NCBI GenBank assembly: GCA_963828525.1 | Contig: CAWHEP010000008.1 | Location: forward strand, 64,001-128,000 | From: an uncultured Verrucomicrobiae bacterium | GTDB lineage: Bacteria; Verrucomicrobiota; Verrucomicrobiia; Chthoniobacterales; Chthoniobacteraceae | Length of the DNA stretch: 64,000 nt | Direction of reading: 5' to 3' | Shown: positions 18,914 through 29,702 of the stretch, one piece after another | Numbering within the stretch: position 1 is the first letter of the stretch | Layout of the letters: every line of letters starts with the position of its first letter | The notes under the pieces: model-generated | The model's database searches: none | Seen by the model: the letters and a program-made list of their open reading frames with translations, nothing else | What the model was told of the DNA's origin: nothing | Position numbers and translations under genes: made by a program

Positions 18914-19772
18914 GCCCGCGCGGCCTCCCCAGCTTCAGGATCTCGTAGATTACCAAACCCTGCCCAACAGTAAGCATCGCGAGCGCCTTCACCAGGCTGC
19001 GCGCCCGCCCCCCCAGCAATGAGCGCAGGCTGTTGTGCAGCCAGAAGTATGTGCCACTTTTCAGTTCGCTCGCGATCAACGAGGCGCATCCAACGAGCTT
19101 GCGATGCTTATATTTGTAGTAAGCCCAATCCCTGGCAACAACGGGAATCTGTAGAAGAGCGCGCATCAAAGGAACGATGACGACAGGATGGGACACCTTC
19201 GCGGCTGGCACGAAAAGGATCGCTGTTTGGGTTTTTATCCTCAGTTCGATGTCCTGATCTTCGTTGTAGCGCGCGAAATTCTCGTCAAATCCACCGACTT
19301 GCTGGAAGAGCGATTTTCTCAAAGCAACATTGGCTGTCCAGAATCTGCCCCCTTCGAGGTTTACAGGACAGTGCGCCATATCCTGAGAGAGCGCGCCAAC
19401 AGGGTGAATAGCCCCTTCCATCGCCAGCGCTCCGCGTGACATTCCCTCTCGCAAAGCATAGAGCCAGCCGGGATCCGGGATACAATCGTCGTCTGTAAAC
19501 GCAAGCCACTCGCCCCGCGCCGTTCGAGCGCCACTGTTGCGATTTGCAGCCGGGCCCTTGCCTGGACCTCGCACCCACTTTGCCCACGAGAATTTTTCCT
19601 CAACCAACTCCCGGGCAGTTTTCGCCCCTTTGGCATCGTCTGCGACGATGACTTCATACTCCGACGCGGGAACGGTTTGGACGCCGGGAGCAAGGCAGCG
19701 CAGACATTCAGCGAGCGAGCCAAGCCGCGCACAAGTAGGCACGACTACGGAAACGAGGATGCTCTCACTCAT
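18900..19772 (-). CDS. Glycosyltransferase family 2
   Basis: SVVVPT; NRNSGA; AFTDDDC; GGFDENF...ED. Confidence 0.9.
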   Translation of the reverse strand: MSESILVSVVVPTCARLGSLAECLRCLAPGVQTVPASEYEVIVADDAKGAKTARELVEEKFSWAKWVRGPGKGPAANRNSGARTARGEWLAFTDDDCIPDPGWLYALREGMSRGALAMEGAIHPVGALSQDMAHCPVNLEGGRFWTANVALRKSLFQQVGGFDENFARYNEDQDIELRIKTQTAILFVPAAKVSHPVVIVPLMRALLQIPVVARDWAYYKYKHRKLVGCASLIASELKSGTYFWLHNSLRSLLGGRARSLVKALAMLTVGQGLVIYEILKLGRPRGHAKP

Positions 19773-20656
19773 TTAAAAGCGGATCGGAACGCTCTCGCGC
19801 CACGGGCAACACGATTTCGGAGAGACCGGCGTTCCCGTTCATCCTTCCGGGCTGCTGTGGCCGCGGAGGCATCAAATTCCTGGCGCTCATCGGCGCTGAG
19901 ATATTGATAGAACAGCTCATTGATCGGACGGGCTTTGTTCATCTGGATCCCCGCCCAATGAATGAGATACGGGGCGCGCGCGGGCGGATCCCAGAGCTCG
20001 GTGAAACTGTTGGGGTAATCTCCAGCCCAGGTCGATTCCATTTCTGAAGGAGGCAGGTTGAGATTGACGATTGGCACTTCAGACGAATTTACCAACAGGT
20101 TAAGCCCGGTCTGGTCGTTCACAAGGAAGGGATTCGTTGGATGCCTAAAACAAGCAGCCGCGAAGGCGGGACTGCATACCCGGTCTTTAAGTTCTGCCAC
20201 ACTAAAAAGCGCGCGGTCGCATGCGAACTGACCCGCGTTAAAGACGTGTCGCTGCCATAGCGTGCTGCGAGCCATGAAGAAAGGCAGAGAGGATTCATTG
20301 ACGGCGTTGTAGGGATCCCGCCATTGCCCACACGAAGCTACAAAGCCTTGCAGAGGCGCAAGGACCTCCACAGGGTTGCGCAAAAAGATGACATCCGTGT
20401 CCACAAAGTGGTAGTTACCGATTGTAAGACATTGATACTTTGCCATCATCGGGTGGCACCCTTCTGTTAGAAGCCATTCCAGCAAATCCGGCATCCCCCA
20501 CCACTGGGCGTTCGGCGGCAAGTCAAACAGCTCTTTGTTATAGGGGATCACCAAAAGGGGCAGCTCGCACCCGCAGGCGCGTAAGGATCTCTCCATCGCG
20601 AGGAATCGAATGCGACTCGTCGCATTCGCAAGGGTAACGATGGATTTCAGCTCCAC
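19769..20656 (-). CDS. Putative GT-A fold (GT8-like) transferase
   Basis: FVDTDVIFL (DxD), FNAGQF, NDQTGLNLL and IHWAG motifs. GTG start overlaps the corrected stop of the upstream gene. Confidence 0.6.
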   Translation of the reverse strand: MELKSIVTLANATSRIRFLAMERSLRACGCELPLLVIPYNKELFDLPPNAQWWGMPDLLEWLLTEGCHPMMAKYQCLTIGNYHFVDTDVIFLRNPVEVLAPLQGFVASCGQWRDPYNAVNESSLPFFMARSTLWQRHVFNAGQFACDRALFSVAELKDRVCSPAFAAACFRHPTNPFLVNDQTGLNLLVNSSEVPIVNLNLPPSEMESTWAGDYPNSFTELWDPPARAPYLIHWAGIQMNKARPINELFYQYLSADERQEFDASAATAARKDERERRSLRNRVARGARAFRSAFK

Positions 20657-21538
20657 GTGTTTAGAAGAAACGGCAAGCCTTTCGAGTAGAAAAGGTGGCG
20701 CACCGGGCCCGTGAAATGTCGCAGGCAAATCGACGCATAATCAAGATCCCGCTCAAACCAGAATTGACGGGCCACGGACACGACGTACTCTTTCGCGAGG
20801 CAGCGCCTTGCTTCCGGCCATTTCCATGAGCACGGAAAGGATCATCGTGTCGGGAAACCAGCTCGTGATTTTACCAGAAAAGGAGAGGATGCTCTCGGCT
20901 GTCGGGAGGGACAGCGACCCCAGACGGATTAGGAGAAGTCCAACATTGATCGTTCGCGCGAAAGGAAGTCCGAGCTTTTCCACCGCTTCAAACAGGTGTC
21001 CTTCGGTAGCGACGTTCCCAATCTCTTGGAGATAGAGATTGCTGGGTATCCCGGATCGCATCGCCTCCGAGACTTCGGTCAGCGGATTAAACGCAAGCAC
21101 ATCGTTATCCGCGAAAAGGATATTGCTTCGTTGTTGGAGTGAGAGAATCGTCGCCAACTTGCGCCCCATGGGGTGGTAGGCGCTGAGGGCAAAGATGGAC
21201 GGGCTGCTTTCGCGGATGCTTAAAACGAACTGGGCTGTTTCCATGATCTCGCATCCCGGGAACGAAAGAGACAGTTGAGACTGAACGGCCTCGCCAATCC
21301 GACCATCGACAGCGAAAATGAGCCCTGTCCTAATATCGAGCTGACCAGCCATGCTGCGGGCAGTCCAGGCCGCTTCACAGATGCCTTTGGGTGTGGTCAG
21401 CACCACTATGCAAGTGGAGGACTCCTTGCGAAACTCAACTGGTTGAAGCCGAAACACTTTTCGCCTTATTGGGTAAGGCCGGTGTCTTTCCCACCACCAC
21501 AACGGGCGCGTAAGAACCTTCCGGACGATCTGCCTCAT
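20647..21538 (-). CDS. Putative GT-A fold transferase (frameshift near 20790)
   Basis: LFADNDVLAF (DxD), INVGLL. The shifted frame continues EYVVSVARQFWFERDLDYASICLRHFTGPVRHLFY...TWS to a stop at 20647. Confidence 0.6.
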
Positions 21539-22575
21539 TTGTTCGTCGAGGCAGGCTTGAAACTTTGGAGGGCTTTACAGAACGGCACGCCAAGGAAGGT
21601 CGCGAAATACCTGAAGATAAGAGGCAGCGGTATCGAGCGCTTGCCCGCCATGTCCCGGACCTTTCGGACATGCTCCCGGAACCTGCGAAAGCGGAAGTGA
21701 CTGAAGTCGTTACTGCATTCGCGACGCAATGCTCCGAGCAGAAGTTCCCTGGCATTCGCATCTGCCTTTCCTGAAAGATATACACGCGCGAAAATATCAA
21801 AGGCCTCGTTTTGAGCAATATCGACCTGCGTTGAAGACTTTGCGGCGCTATGCTGTCTGAACCCCGCGCACAGCCCCGGAACGTACTTGAACTTGAAGCC
21901 ATCGAGGAAAAGGCGCCAGAACAGATCGTAGTCCATATAATGAGCGAGCCCCTCATCCAGAAAGTATCCAAGATCGAATAGCCGCTTTTTGAAGAACATC
22001 GACTCATTGTTGACGCAGGGCCATGGGATCATCGCCGCGAATGTTGGTTCCACGTTGGTTCGCTTGAACAAGAATTTACCTTCTGAATCAACATAGTCTT
22101 TATCGCCAAAATATACATCAAACTCCGGACACGAGAGAGCTTCGGTTGCCGCGGAGACGAAGGAGGAAGGATAGTAATAGTCGTCAGAATTTTGCCAGCC
22201 TACTAACTCACCCTTGGCAATGCGAAGCCCCTTGTTCACTGCTGCCGACTGTGACCCATCCGGTTCGCTCCGCCAGTGTGAGATCCATCTTTCGTATTTC
22301 TTGATTACATCGATGGAGTCGTCTGTGCTTGCCCCATCGAATATGATGTACTCAACGTCAGGGTAACCTTGCAGGAGCACTGACCGAATCGTTTCCTCAA
22401 GATATTGACCCTGGTTAAATGACGGCGTGACAATGGTGATCGACGGCCAGCGCGCATGCCCACGCGGCGGTGATCCCGCAATTTCGCTGCCGACTGTCCA
22501 CGGCCATCCCGACCGCCCGGCGGGGGGCGCCGGGAGATCGGTTACGGTCACAGGCCATGGTGACGCCGCGTTCAC
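21535..22575 (-). CDS. Glycosyltransferase family 2
   Basis: ITIVTPSFNQGQYLEETIRSVLLQGYP; WQNSDD; MDYDLF. GTG start overlaps the upstream TGA. Confidence 0.9.
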   Translation of the reverse strand: MNAASPWPVTVTDLPAPPAGRSGWPWTVGSEIAGSPPRGHARWPSITIVTPSFNQGQYLEETIRSVLLQGYPDVEYIIFDGASTDDSIDVIKKYERWISHWRSEPDGSQSAAVNKGLRIAKGELVGWQNSDDYYYPSSFVSAATEALSCPEFDVYFGDKDYVDSEGKFLFKRTNVEPTFAAMIPWPCVNNESMFFKKRLFDLGYFLDEGLAHYMDYDLFWRLFLDGFKFKYVPGLCAGFRQHSAAKSSTQVDIAQNEAFDIFARVYLSGKADANARELLLGALRRECSNDFSHFRFRRFREHVRKVRDMAGKRSIPLPLIFRYFATFLGVPFCKALQSFKPASTNK

Positions 22576-23489
22576 CCTTTTTTTATGAACCGATAGGCCT
22601 CGGCCTCCGCGCGCTTTTGTCCGCGAGTGGCTGCAAAGAAAAATCGCCGACCTCGCGGGTCGAGCGACCAAACATGTTTGATGTGCTTCAACCTGGATGT
22701 GAGGGAATGCCGCGGCTTGATCACCTGACCGGCGCGAAGGGCGGCAAGGATGCCGTGTGAGTAGTTAATCCCTTCAACTAACGCGAGAAGGTAACGCTCC
22801 GTCAGGCGGCATTGCGGAATCAGATGCGTAAGGCGGAGATCAGCGAGACAAGCAGTTCCCAACCCCACGTCCCAGGAGCATCCCGCCAGATCGGAATCTC
22901 CTGCTGAACTCAGCGTCGCTCCCTTGCGGTCCAGATCGCCCCGTGCCGGATCGGCTTCTACTTTATGGTGGTAAGCGCTCGCAACCGCCCGCCGGACGCA
23001 CATCCCGGCCCCGCAAGGCATTGCCGCCTCATCCCAAGGCTTCGAGGAGATACAATCCGCCGTTACTGGTCGTATGGCTAGCAGGTTCCAGTACGACTGA
23101 GTCCACGCTTCGGGGGGCACTTCGAATCGCGGCGTAATACAGCCAGACCAAGCTCCGATTCCGGGCATGTCACGCGAGATGCGCGAAGCAACGGCAAGAT
23201 AGTCCTCGCTGAGCAGATTGTCGTCATCGACAAAAACCAAAAGATCACCTTCCGACTCCTGGATCCCGCGGAGCCTTGCGGGCGTGAGGCCCAGTCGATC
23301 TTCACGAATATGTCGACCTTGCGGGTGCCACGCCAGGTCGACCATAGTTGATACTCTCGTGTCGCTTGCGTTATCGAGGAGCAGAAGTTCCCAATCGACC
23401 AGAGGAGCAGACTGCCGCCTCAAGGCCGTGATTACCGCGTCCAGATACTCGCGGCGGGGGTTGTGTGTGCAGAGGATTACGGAAATCAT
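22572..23489 (-). CDS. Glycosyltransferase family 2
   Basis: ISVILCTHNP; GLTPARLRG; FVDDDN; PCGAGMCVRR. Confidence 0.9.
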   Translation of the reverse strand: MISVILCTHNPRREYLDAVITALRRQSAPLVDWELLLLDNASDTRVSTMVDLAWHPQGRHIREDRLGLTPARLRGIQESEGDLLVFVDDDNLLSEDYLAVASRISRDMPGIGAWSGCITPRFEVPPEAWTQSYWNLLAIRPVTADCISSKPWDEAAMPCGAGMCVRRAVASAYHHKVEADPARGDLDRKGATLSSAGDSDLAGCSWDVGLGTACLADLRLTHLIPQCRLTERYLLALVEGINYSHGILAALRAGQVIKPRHSLTSRLKHIKHVWSLDPRGRRFFFAATRGQKRAEAEAYRFIKKG

Positions 23490-23511
23490 GAGCGAGCCGC
23501 GAGAGATTCCG

Positions 23512-24285
23512 TCACGCCCAGCGCTGACTGGCCCGCAGGGGGCTCTGCTTATTTACAAAGCAGATATCCATCTGACCGAGCGCGCCATCCAGAGGCCGCC
23601 GGAGGAAACCGGCAAAATCATAGATGAAAAAATCGCAATCGGCCATGAACGCGATTATTTCATGAGCGAGAGGTTGACCGTTCTCGAACCGATAAAGGGA
23701 CGTTTCTGCAATCACCACCTCGCAACTAGCCAGTATTTCCCGAGCGCCTTTCAAGACCTCCATTTCGAATCCCTGCACATCCATCTTTATGAGCTGAGGC
23801 AGCGTCAATGCCCCAGAAGAAGCCAGCGAATCCAGAGTGACAACCGGAACACGCCGCTGCCCTCTGCCGCCAATGGAATCCTCTCCGCCAGCGACAGGGA
23901 GGAAAGAGGATCCGACCATGTCCTGCCAGATTGTGAGTGTCAGTTCCCCGGGCGCTGATCCAGCGCCCGCAAGCAGAGACTTGCTGCCAGGGTGGGAAGC
24001 GCAGAACGCCTGAAGATCCGCCTCCATTTCGACCTGCGGCTCGATAAGAAAAAACGTCGCGCCCGGGAAGGATTTGGAAGCCAGAGCGCTCCACTCGCCC
24101 CTGTTCGCGCCAACATCAATCACGGAAGAAGGGCAAAAGCGGCGAAAACTCAGATCCTCCAAGAGAGCATTCATCTGGCCCGTTTCCCGCATCGGGGAGC
24201 CCGGTGGAGGCGAACGCCGTGATCTTACAAGGTCGTACCCGAATCGCTCGAGAAGGATCTTCATCTGCCTTTTCACCACACTCAT
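23512..24285 (-). CDS. FkbM family methyltransferase
   Basis: IDVGANRGEW; LIKMDVQGFEMEVLKGA. Confidence 0.88.
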   Translation of the reverse strand: MSVVKRQMKILLERFGYDLVRSRRSPPPGSPMRETGQMNALLEDLSFRRFCPSSVIDVGANRGEWSALASKSFPGATFFLIEPQVEMEADLQAFCASHPGSKSLLAGAGSAPGELTLTIWQDMVGSSFLPVAGGEDSIGGRGQRRVPVVTLDSLASSGALTLPQLIKMDVQGFEMEVLKGAREILASCEVVIAETSLYRFENGQPLAHEIIAFMADCDFFIYDFAGFLRRPLDGALGQMDICFVNKQSPLRASQRWA

Positions 24286-25238
24286 ACCCCTGCCCTCTTT
24301 AGGAGACCATGTCTGCTGTAGTTATGAGGCCGCCGCCTCTCGACCAAATATTGCCTGAAAAATGCGGCTTGGTGTTCGAGCGCCATTTCGGCTTCAGAAC
24401 ACCCCTCGGCTCTAGGATCGGCGCTCATATGGAGAGCGTGATGGAGTGAGAGCCTGGAAGACGCGAAGAAAGACTGCAAAAGCGGCAGACGGATTCTTTT
24501 ATGATCCCAATGCCAAACAATATATGCTGAGGCTCTTCCCATGCGTCTCGCCGCGTCGAGAAATTTCACGCGCAGAAGCCGCTCCTCGTCAAAGTGGTGC
24601 TCCACGGCAACATCCACAAAACACATCCGCGCGCCTGCCTCTCGCAACTGCCAGGAAAACAGAGTGTCCTCGTGACAGCCGAGGGCGCCTCCTCCGATCT
24701 CTTCATCGAAGCCAGGCACTTTCGCGAGCACTGCTCGCGAAAAAGCCATGGATGCTGTGATCAATGTGACAAGCTCTGGAGGAGCATCCGCCCAAAGCCG
24801 GCCCGTGCAGGCAAGCCAGCCACGATGACTCAACGCCATCCATGGCCTGATCAGGTTGGGCGCCATCTCCACGCCCCCTCCAACAGCATCCTTCTCCCCT
24901 CTTAGAATCGGCGCGCACATCTCAAGCAACCAATCCGCCGGAAATCGAAGATCATCGTCAGTGAAAAGGAGGATATCACCGGAGGACTCCGCAATCGCCC
25001 GATTTCGCGCCCGGCTCAACCCGCGAACCGGCTCATGGATATACTTGAATGGAAAGGCGGGGGGCAGAGCGCGCTCAAGAAGCTGCTGAACGCGGTTGCT
25101 TGATCCACCGTCCACAATAACTACTTCTATTTGCAGGCCCGCGGGGATATCAACTTTGCCAAGGCTCTGTAATGTTTGCGAAAGACGCTCCTCCCGGTCG
25201 CACGTACAAATCAGTATCGATAGCAGCCTTGCGTTCAT
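24282..25238 (-). CDS. Glycosyltransferase family 2
   Basis: Start MNARLLSILICT; GLSRARN; FTDDD; GFDEEIG...ED. Confidence 0.88.
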   Translation of the reverse strand: MNARLLSILICTCDREERLSQTLQSLGKVDIPAGLQIEVVIVDGGSSNRVQQLLERALPPAFPFKYIHEPVRGLSRARNRAIAESSGDILLFTDDDLRFPADWLLEMCAPILRGEKDAVGGGVEMAPNLIRPWMALSHRGWLACTGRLWADAPPELVTLITASMAFSRAVLAKVPGFDEEIGGGALGCHEDTLFSWQLREAGARMCFVDVAVEHHFDEERLLRVKFLDAARRMGRASAYIVWHWDHKRIRLPLLQSFFASSRLSLHHALHMSADPRAEGCSEAEMALEHQAAFFRQYLVERRRPHNYSRHGLLKRAGV

Positions 25239-27224
25239 GGCCGGATTCGCGTGAGACCGTGTTCGCGATAATTGCGAACGCGATTTTTTGCCTCCACGAG
25301 GTATTGCTGAAAAAAAGCGGCATTTTGCTCCAGCCGCATCTCCATGTCGGAGGAGCCTTCCTCCGAGAGGGATGGAAATCCCTTTGCGGCGCGATATGCC
25401 GCAACGCGCGCCTTCGCAATTATCGCCTGAAGCCGGGGAAGGTGAATACTTTTGTGATTCCAATGCCACGCAATGTACGCGGTGGTGCGGCCGCGTTTCC
25501 TCGCCGCCTCGACCAAACTGGCGCGCAGAAGCCGCTCTGGGGCGAAATGGTGTTCCACGGTCACTCCGGCAAAAGCGAGTCGAAATCCGGCCTTGGCAAG
25601 CTGCCAGGAGAAGAGAGTGTCTGATCCCCGATCCAGGCCGGGATCGAACTGCGGCACGAGCGACAGCACCCTTTTCGAAAGAGCCATGGACGCGGTGATG
25701 AGAATCACCCTGTCAGCCGGAGTTTCCGTCCACAAGGGACCAGTGCAAGCGAGGTAGCCACGGTGCCCGGCAGTCATCCATGACCGCTCCAGATGAGGAG
25801 CCATCGTAACGCCTCCCGCGACGGCATCTGCTTTGTCCCTGATGATGGGAGCGCACATTTCGTGAAGCCAGTCCCGGGGCAACCGCACATCGTCGTCAGC
25901 AAACAAAACAACGTCCCCTTTGGCTGCCCTCAATCCGCAATTCCTTGCGTTCGCTATGCCTTCCGCAGGCTCAAACAAGGCGCGAACAGCCATGTTCTCC
26001 GGATGGAAGGATTCTACAATTTGCGAAGTCGAGTCGGTCGAACCGTTATCAACAATTAACAACTCCGCTCTGAGCGCCGGGGGTAATTCCAAGCGGGCGA
26101 TGCAATCCAACGTCGCTCCCAGCATAGCCGAGCGGTTTCTGGTGCAAATGATAATGCTCGCAGTGAAACCGCCTGCATTCCCCTGGCGAGCAGCGCTTTC
26201 GACCAGGGATTGAGACTCCTCATCCCGAGGCGCTTCGGCGGGTGGCTTTCTCGTGTTGAGTGCCGAGTCATCGACGGAAGCGCGGTCAAGTCTCACAAGA
26301 CCGCGACGCTCATAGTTCCGTGGCCGCGCCCTTTCGAGAAGTATCTGCTTATAGAAAGAAATCTCCTCAGCAACCGCCATACGCTCCTCATCGCAGCCCT
26401 GCATAGCGGGGCGGAAGCCCCACTGACGAAGGTTGCGGCAACTGAGCTTCCAGACAGCCCAGGCGAGATGCAAGCGCGGGAACGTAATCGATTGGTGACT
26501 CCAGTGATGCACGATGTAGGCTGAGGAGCGCCCGCTGGCTTTGGAAGAGGCTACAAAGTTTGAGGCCAGGAGGCGGTTCTCGGCAAAGCGATGCTGAACA
26601 ATGCAGTCGACGAACGCGACGCGGAAACCCGCCTCGTGCAACTGCCATGAAAATAGTGTCTCCTCCCCACAGCCCAGCCTCCCCGCGCCCAACTCAGGAT
26701 CAAACTCCGGAATTTTTTCAAGGTACTCTCCTGGAGAAAGCCATCGAAGCGCCCAAGAGGGTAATTTGCTCGCTTGGAGCACCCGTCCAAAGGCGTCCGG
26801 TGCAGGCGAGCGCGCCTCGATGGCGGGGGGTGAGCCATTCTCTCTCAAGACGCGCGTCCATCTCGACCCCACAGGAGACGGCGTCAGCGCGACTTTCTGA
26901 AATGGGCCGGACCATCGCGTTCAGCCAGTCCGAAGGAACGATGATGTCATCGTCAGTAAACAAAAGGATATCGCCAGTCGCAACCTTCAACGCCGTGTTC
27001 CTGGCGTGGCTAAGGCCCGGCGTGGCTTCCCTGACAACCCGCGCGCGCATCCCGGCAGGCGTGAAAGCCGTCAATAGCTGCAACGTGCCATCCGCGCTGG
27101 CGTTATCCACCAAGATGAACTCGACGCTGGATTGAGCGAACGGAGCCAGTTTCGACAAAGCCAGAAGAGTATCACCCAGCCGATCTTTTCCGTTATGGCT
27201 GCAAAGGATTACAGAGATTGTCAC
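25235..27224 (-). CDS. Tandem double-domain GT2 glycosyltransferase (frameshift near 26725)
   Basis: ORF 26718-27224 (MTISVILCSHNG...FTDDD...ASMAFSRRV) continues in the next frame as LEKIPEFDPELG...EE. A linker follows, then a second GT2 domain (SIIICTRNR...FADDD). Confidence 0.8.
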
Positions 27225-28471
27225 TGCGAGCCGTTCTGTTTGCGAGCGCTCACAGTTCCTTCCACCATCCGCGCAAACGGCTCATAACTTTGGCTTGGCG
27301 AGAGCCGCTCTAGAGCCATTCGGCTTGAGAGATGCTCCGCTTTCTTCCTTTGTCCCTCGTCTCTCAGCAGAGAAAGTATTGCGCTTGCAAACTCCTGAGG
27401 TGTGTCCGCCAACGTTACTGCCTCACCGATGAATTCCACTCCTTTAAGGCCTTCTCGCGTAGTAACACAGGCCCTGCCATACGCCATGGCTTCAATGAGT
27501 TTGATTTTCACTCCACTTCCCGCAAGAACAGGCACGACGCTCACCTGCGTCGCTCCATACTCACCCGCAAGATTCGCCACGTGCCCGAGCAGCGCCACAT
27601 TTGCATATCCTCCCGGAATTTCTTCACACACGCTGCCGCAAACATGAAGCGTGGCGCTGGGAAACTGCTGAATTACAATCGGCCAGACCTCTCCCAAAAA
27701 CCATTTCAGCCCATGCACATTGTGCGCATCCCCTCCCCCGACGAACAGGCATCTTCCAGGAACCTGCGCCCCTAAAGGTCTCTTTGGCTGGGCAGACATC
27801 GGGGCCGCTATAATTTGCGCGGACGGGCACATCTCGCGAAAAGTATCCGCTTCCGTCTGGGATATGGCGACGATGATATCCGCGCGGCGAAGTAGCGCAG
27901 TCTCCCGCTCCCTCGTCCACTTTGACCACGCGTTCGAAAGTCCTAGACTCGCAAAGCTTTCTACCCGCTTGTGCAGCACATCGTGCGCGAGGATGCACGT
28001 CACTGGCAGCGGTCGTGAGGCTTCGCCGATGGCCCGTTTGTTCGGCAACGCGTCTGCCAGATACGCAAAGTTAACCAACACAATATCGGGAGCAAAAACG
28101 ATCCCGCGTTTTTTACTGAAGCGAATCTCCAAGCTGGAAGCGGACCGATCAGAACCCGTTTCCTCGCCGAACACGTCCTCCGCGCTGCCGGTTTGATCGC
28201 CGCCGACCCTCTGTAATATTGACGGCACCCTGACGAGCCAGGATCCGGCGCGGATATTCCCGGGACATTCAAGACTCATGGCGCGGTTCACGGCCGCGGG
28301 GATGCGGTAGATACGCTTTCCGCGCCCTGGATTCTCGTCCAGGTAATCGCACTCCATACGCCATCCCCTTGCTGACAGGAACTCGAGGAGGTCGCACAAA
28401 TACGCGGAGCCTCCATGTCGCGCGCTGATTGGCGGAAACCTTGTAACCACCTGGAGCTTTACGGAACCCAC
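27221..28471 (-). CDS. Glycosyltransferase family 4
   Basis: LFVGGGDAHNVHGLKWF; VPVLAGSGVKIKLIEAMAYG. Start uncertain. Confidence 0.85.
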   Translation of the reverse strand: MGSVKLQVVTRFPPISARHGGSAYLCDLLEFLSARGWRMECDYLDENPGRGKRIYRIPAAVNRAMSLECPGNIRAGSWLVRVPSILQRVGGDQTGSAEDVFGEETGSDRSASSLEIRFSKKRGIVFAPDIVLVNFAYLADALPNKRAIGEASRPLPVTCILAHDVLHKRVESFASLGLSNAWSKWTRERETALLRRADIIVAISQTEADTFREMCPSAQIIAAPMSAQPKRPLGAQVPGRCLFVGGGDAHNVHGLKWFLGEVWPIVIQQFPSATLHVCGSVCEEIPGGYANVALLGHVANLAGEYGATQVSVVPVLAGSGVKIKLIEAMAYGRACVTTREGLKGVEFIGEAVTLADTPQEFASAILSLLRDEGQRKKAEHLSSRMALERLSPSQSYEPFARMVEGTVSARKQNGSQ

Positions 28472-28475
28472 GGAT

Positions 28476-29687
28476 TCAGGCGGACAGCGCTGACGCAAAC
28501 GCGCGCTGGTCGCGGCGCCGTGTAAATGGGCGTTCGAAGAAGAGGTGAAACAGATAAGCGAGAAGCAGGAGAACGGGCAACCCGACGCCACAAAAGATGC
28601 AGAACTGGGCAAAAGGTGAAGAATTGCCCGGTAGCACGACCCTCTGCCAGAGAACTTCGATCAGGGGAGCGTGGATCAGGTATAGGCTGTATGAGAAGGC
28701 TCCGACCCAAACGAGAGGAGGCCAACAAAGCACCTTTCGCAGCCACCAGCACTGCGGCTCTGTATCCAAAGCGGAGGTTCCGACGAGCAGGCAAAAAGTT
28801 CCCAGCCCAGCCAGGAGATCAAGAACCTGCCATGGGACTTGGTGTTCATGGCCAAAGCTGAGCTTGGAAAGCAACAGAGTAGCAACTGCCAAAGCAGGGA
28901 ATAGAGCCCTCCATGGAACGGCGGTCCGGAGGTTGATCGCCGCTTGCTGGCTTGAAAAACTCATCCATGATCCCAAGGACCCTAGGGCGAAGAGTCCATA
29001 GAAGTGAAGACAGACACCGGTAGGCGAGCTGTCGAGCGCGGTAAGGGCGAGCGCGGGGAGTAACGCGAACGAAAGACAGACAAAAACTGCCGTCGCTTTG
29101 ACAACACCGAACGCGCGAGAAATAGCGACAAACAGCGGAAATGCGAAGTAAATGCGCCACTCCACCGAGATCGACCACATGGCATGATTGATCTTGTGGC
29201 TCGAAGCTGGAAATAGGTCCTGGAATAGCAGCAGGTGAGTCACCAAGCCGAATCCGCCTACCGGAACACAGCTACTCCAGAGAACGGAGGGTGGGACTTT
29301 TATCACGCATGCAATCAGGAGAAGGGATAAGCAGACCGCCGCGTAGTAAGGTGGGAGTATTCTTCTCGCCCGCTTCCAGAAGAACCCCGCGCTGCCCCCC
29401 AGGATGGCGAACCCATTTCGTATGACGGGCAGCATGAGGCAGAATCCCGAAAGAACGATGAAGACGACAACGGCGTAATGTCCGTACGCAAACACGCCGA
29501 TCACATGCTTCCCCAGACTGGGCTTCATCTGATTGGCGGTGTACCACCACATATGAAATATGGTCACGTATAGGGCAGCTAGCGCTCTCAGTCCGTCAAG
29601 ATGGTCGAGGTGGGCAGATCTCGCATGGATGGAAGGCGCCACCGCGCTCTGCATGGGAGTTGCCGCCGTGGATTCGGATACTGCCAA
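28476..29687 (-). CDS. Acyltransferase family 3 (OafA/YrhL-like O-acyltransferase)
   Basis: LDGLRALAA; FIVLSGF; RARRILPPY; WSISVEW; SYSLYLIH; FERP. Confidence 0.92.
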   Translation of the reverse strand: MAVSESTAATPMQSAVAPSIHARSAHLDHLDGLRALAALYVTIFHMWWYTANQMKPSLGKHVIGVFAYGHYAVVVFIVLSGFCLMLPVIRNGFAILGGSAGFFWKRARRILPPYYAAVCLSLLLIACVIKVPPSVLWSSCVPVGGFGLVTHLLLFQDLFPASSHKINHAMWSISVEWRIYFAFPLFVAISRAFGVVKATAVFVCLSFALLPALALTALDSSPTGVCLHFYGLFALGSLGSWMSFSSQQAAINLRTAVPWRALFPALAVATLLLSKLSFGHEHQVPWQVLDLLAGLGTFCLLVGTSALDTEPQCWWLRKVLCWPPLVWVGAFSYSLYLIHAPLIEVLWQRVVLPGNSSPFAQFCIFCGVGLPVLLLLAYLFHLFFERPFTRRRDQRAFASALSA

Positions 29688-29702
29688 AATCTTGGAACCG
29701 AT

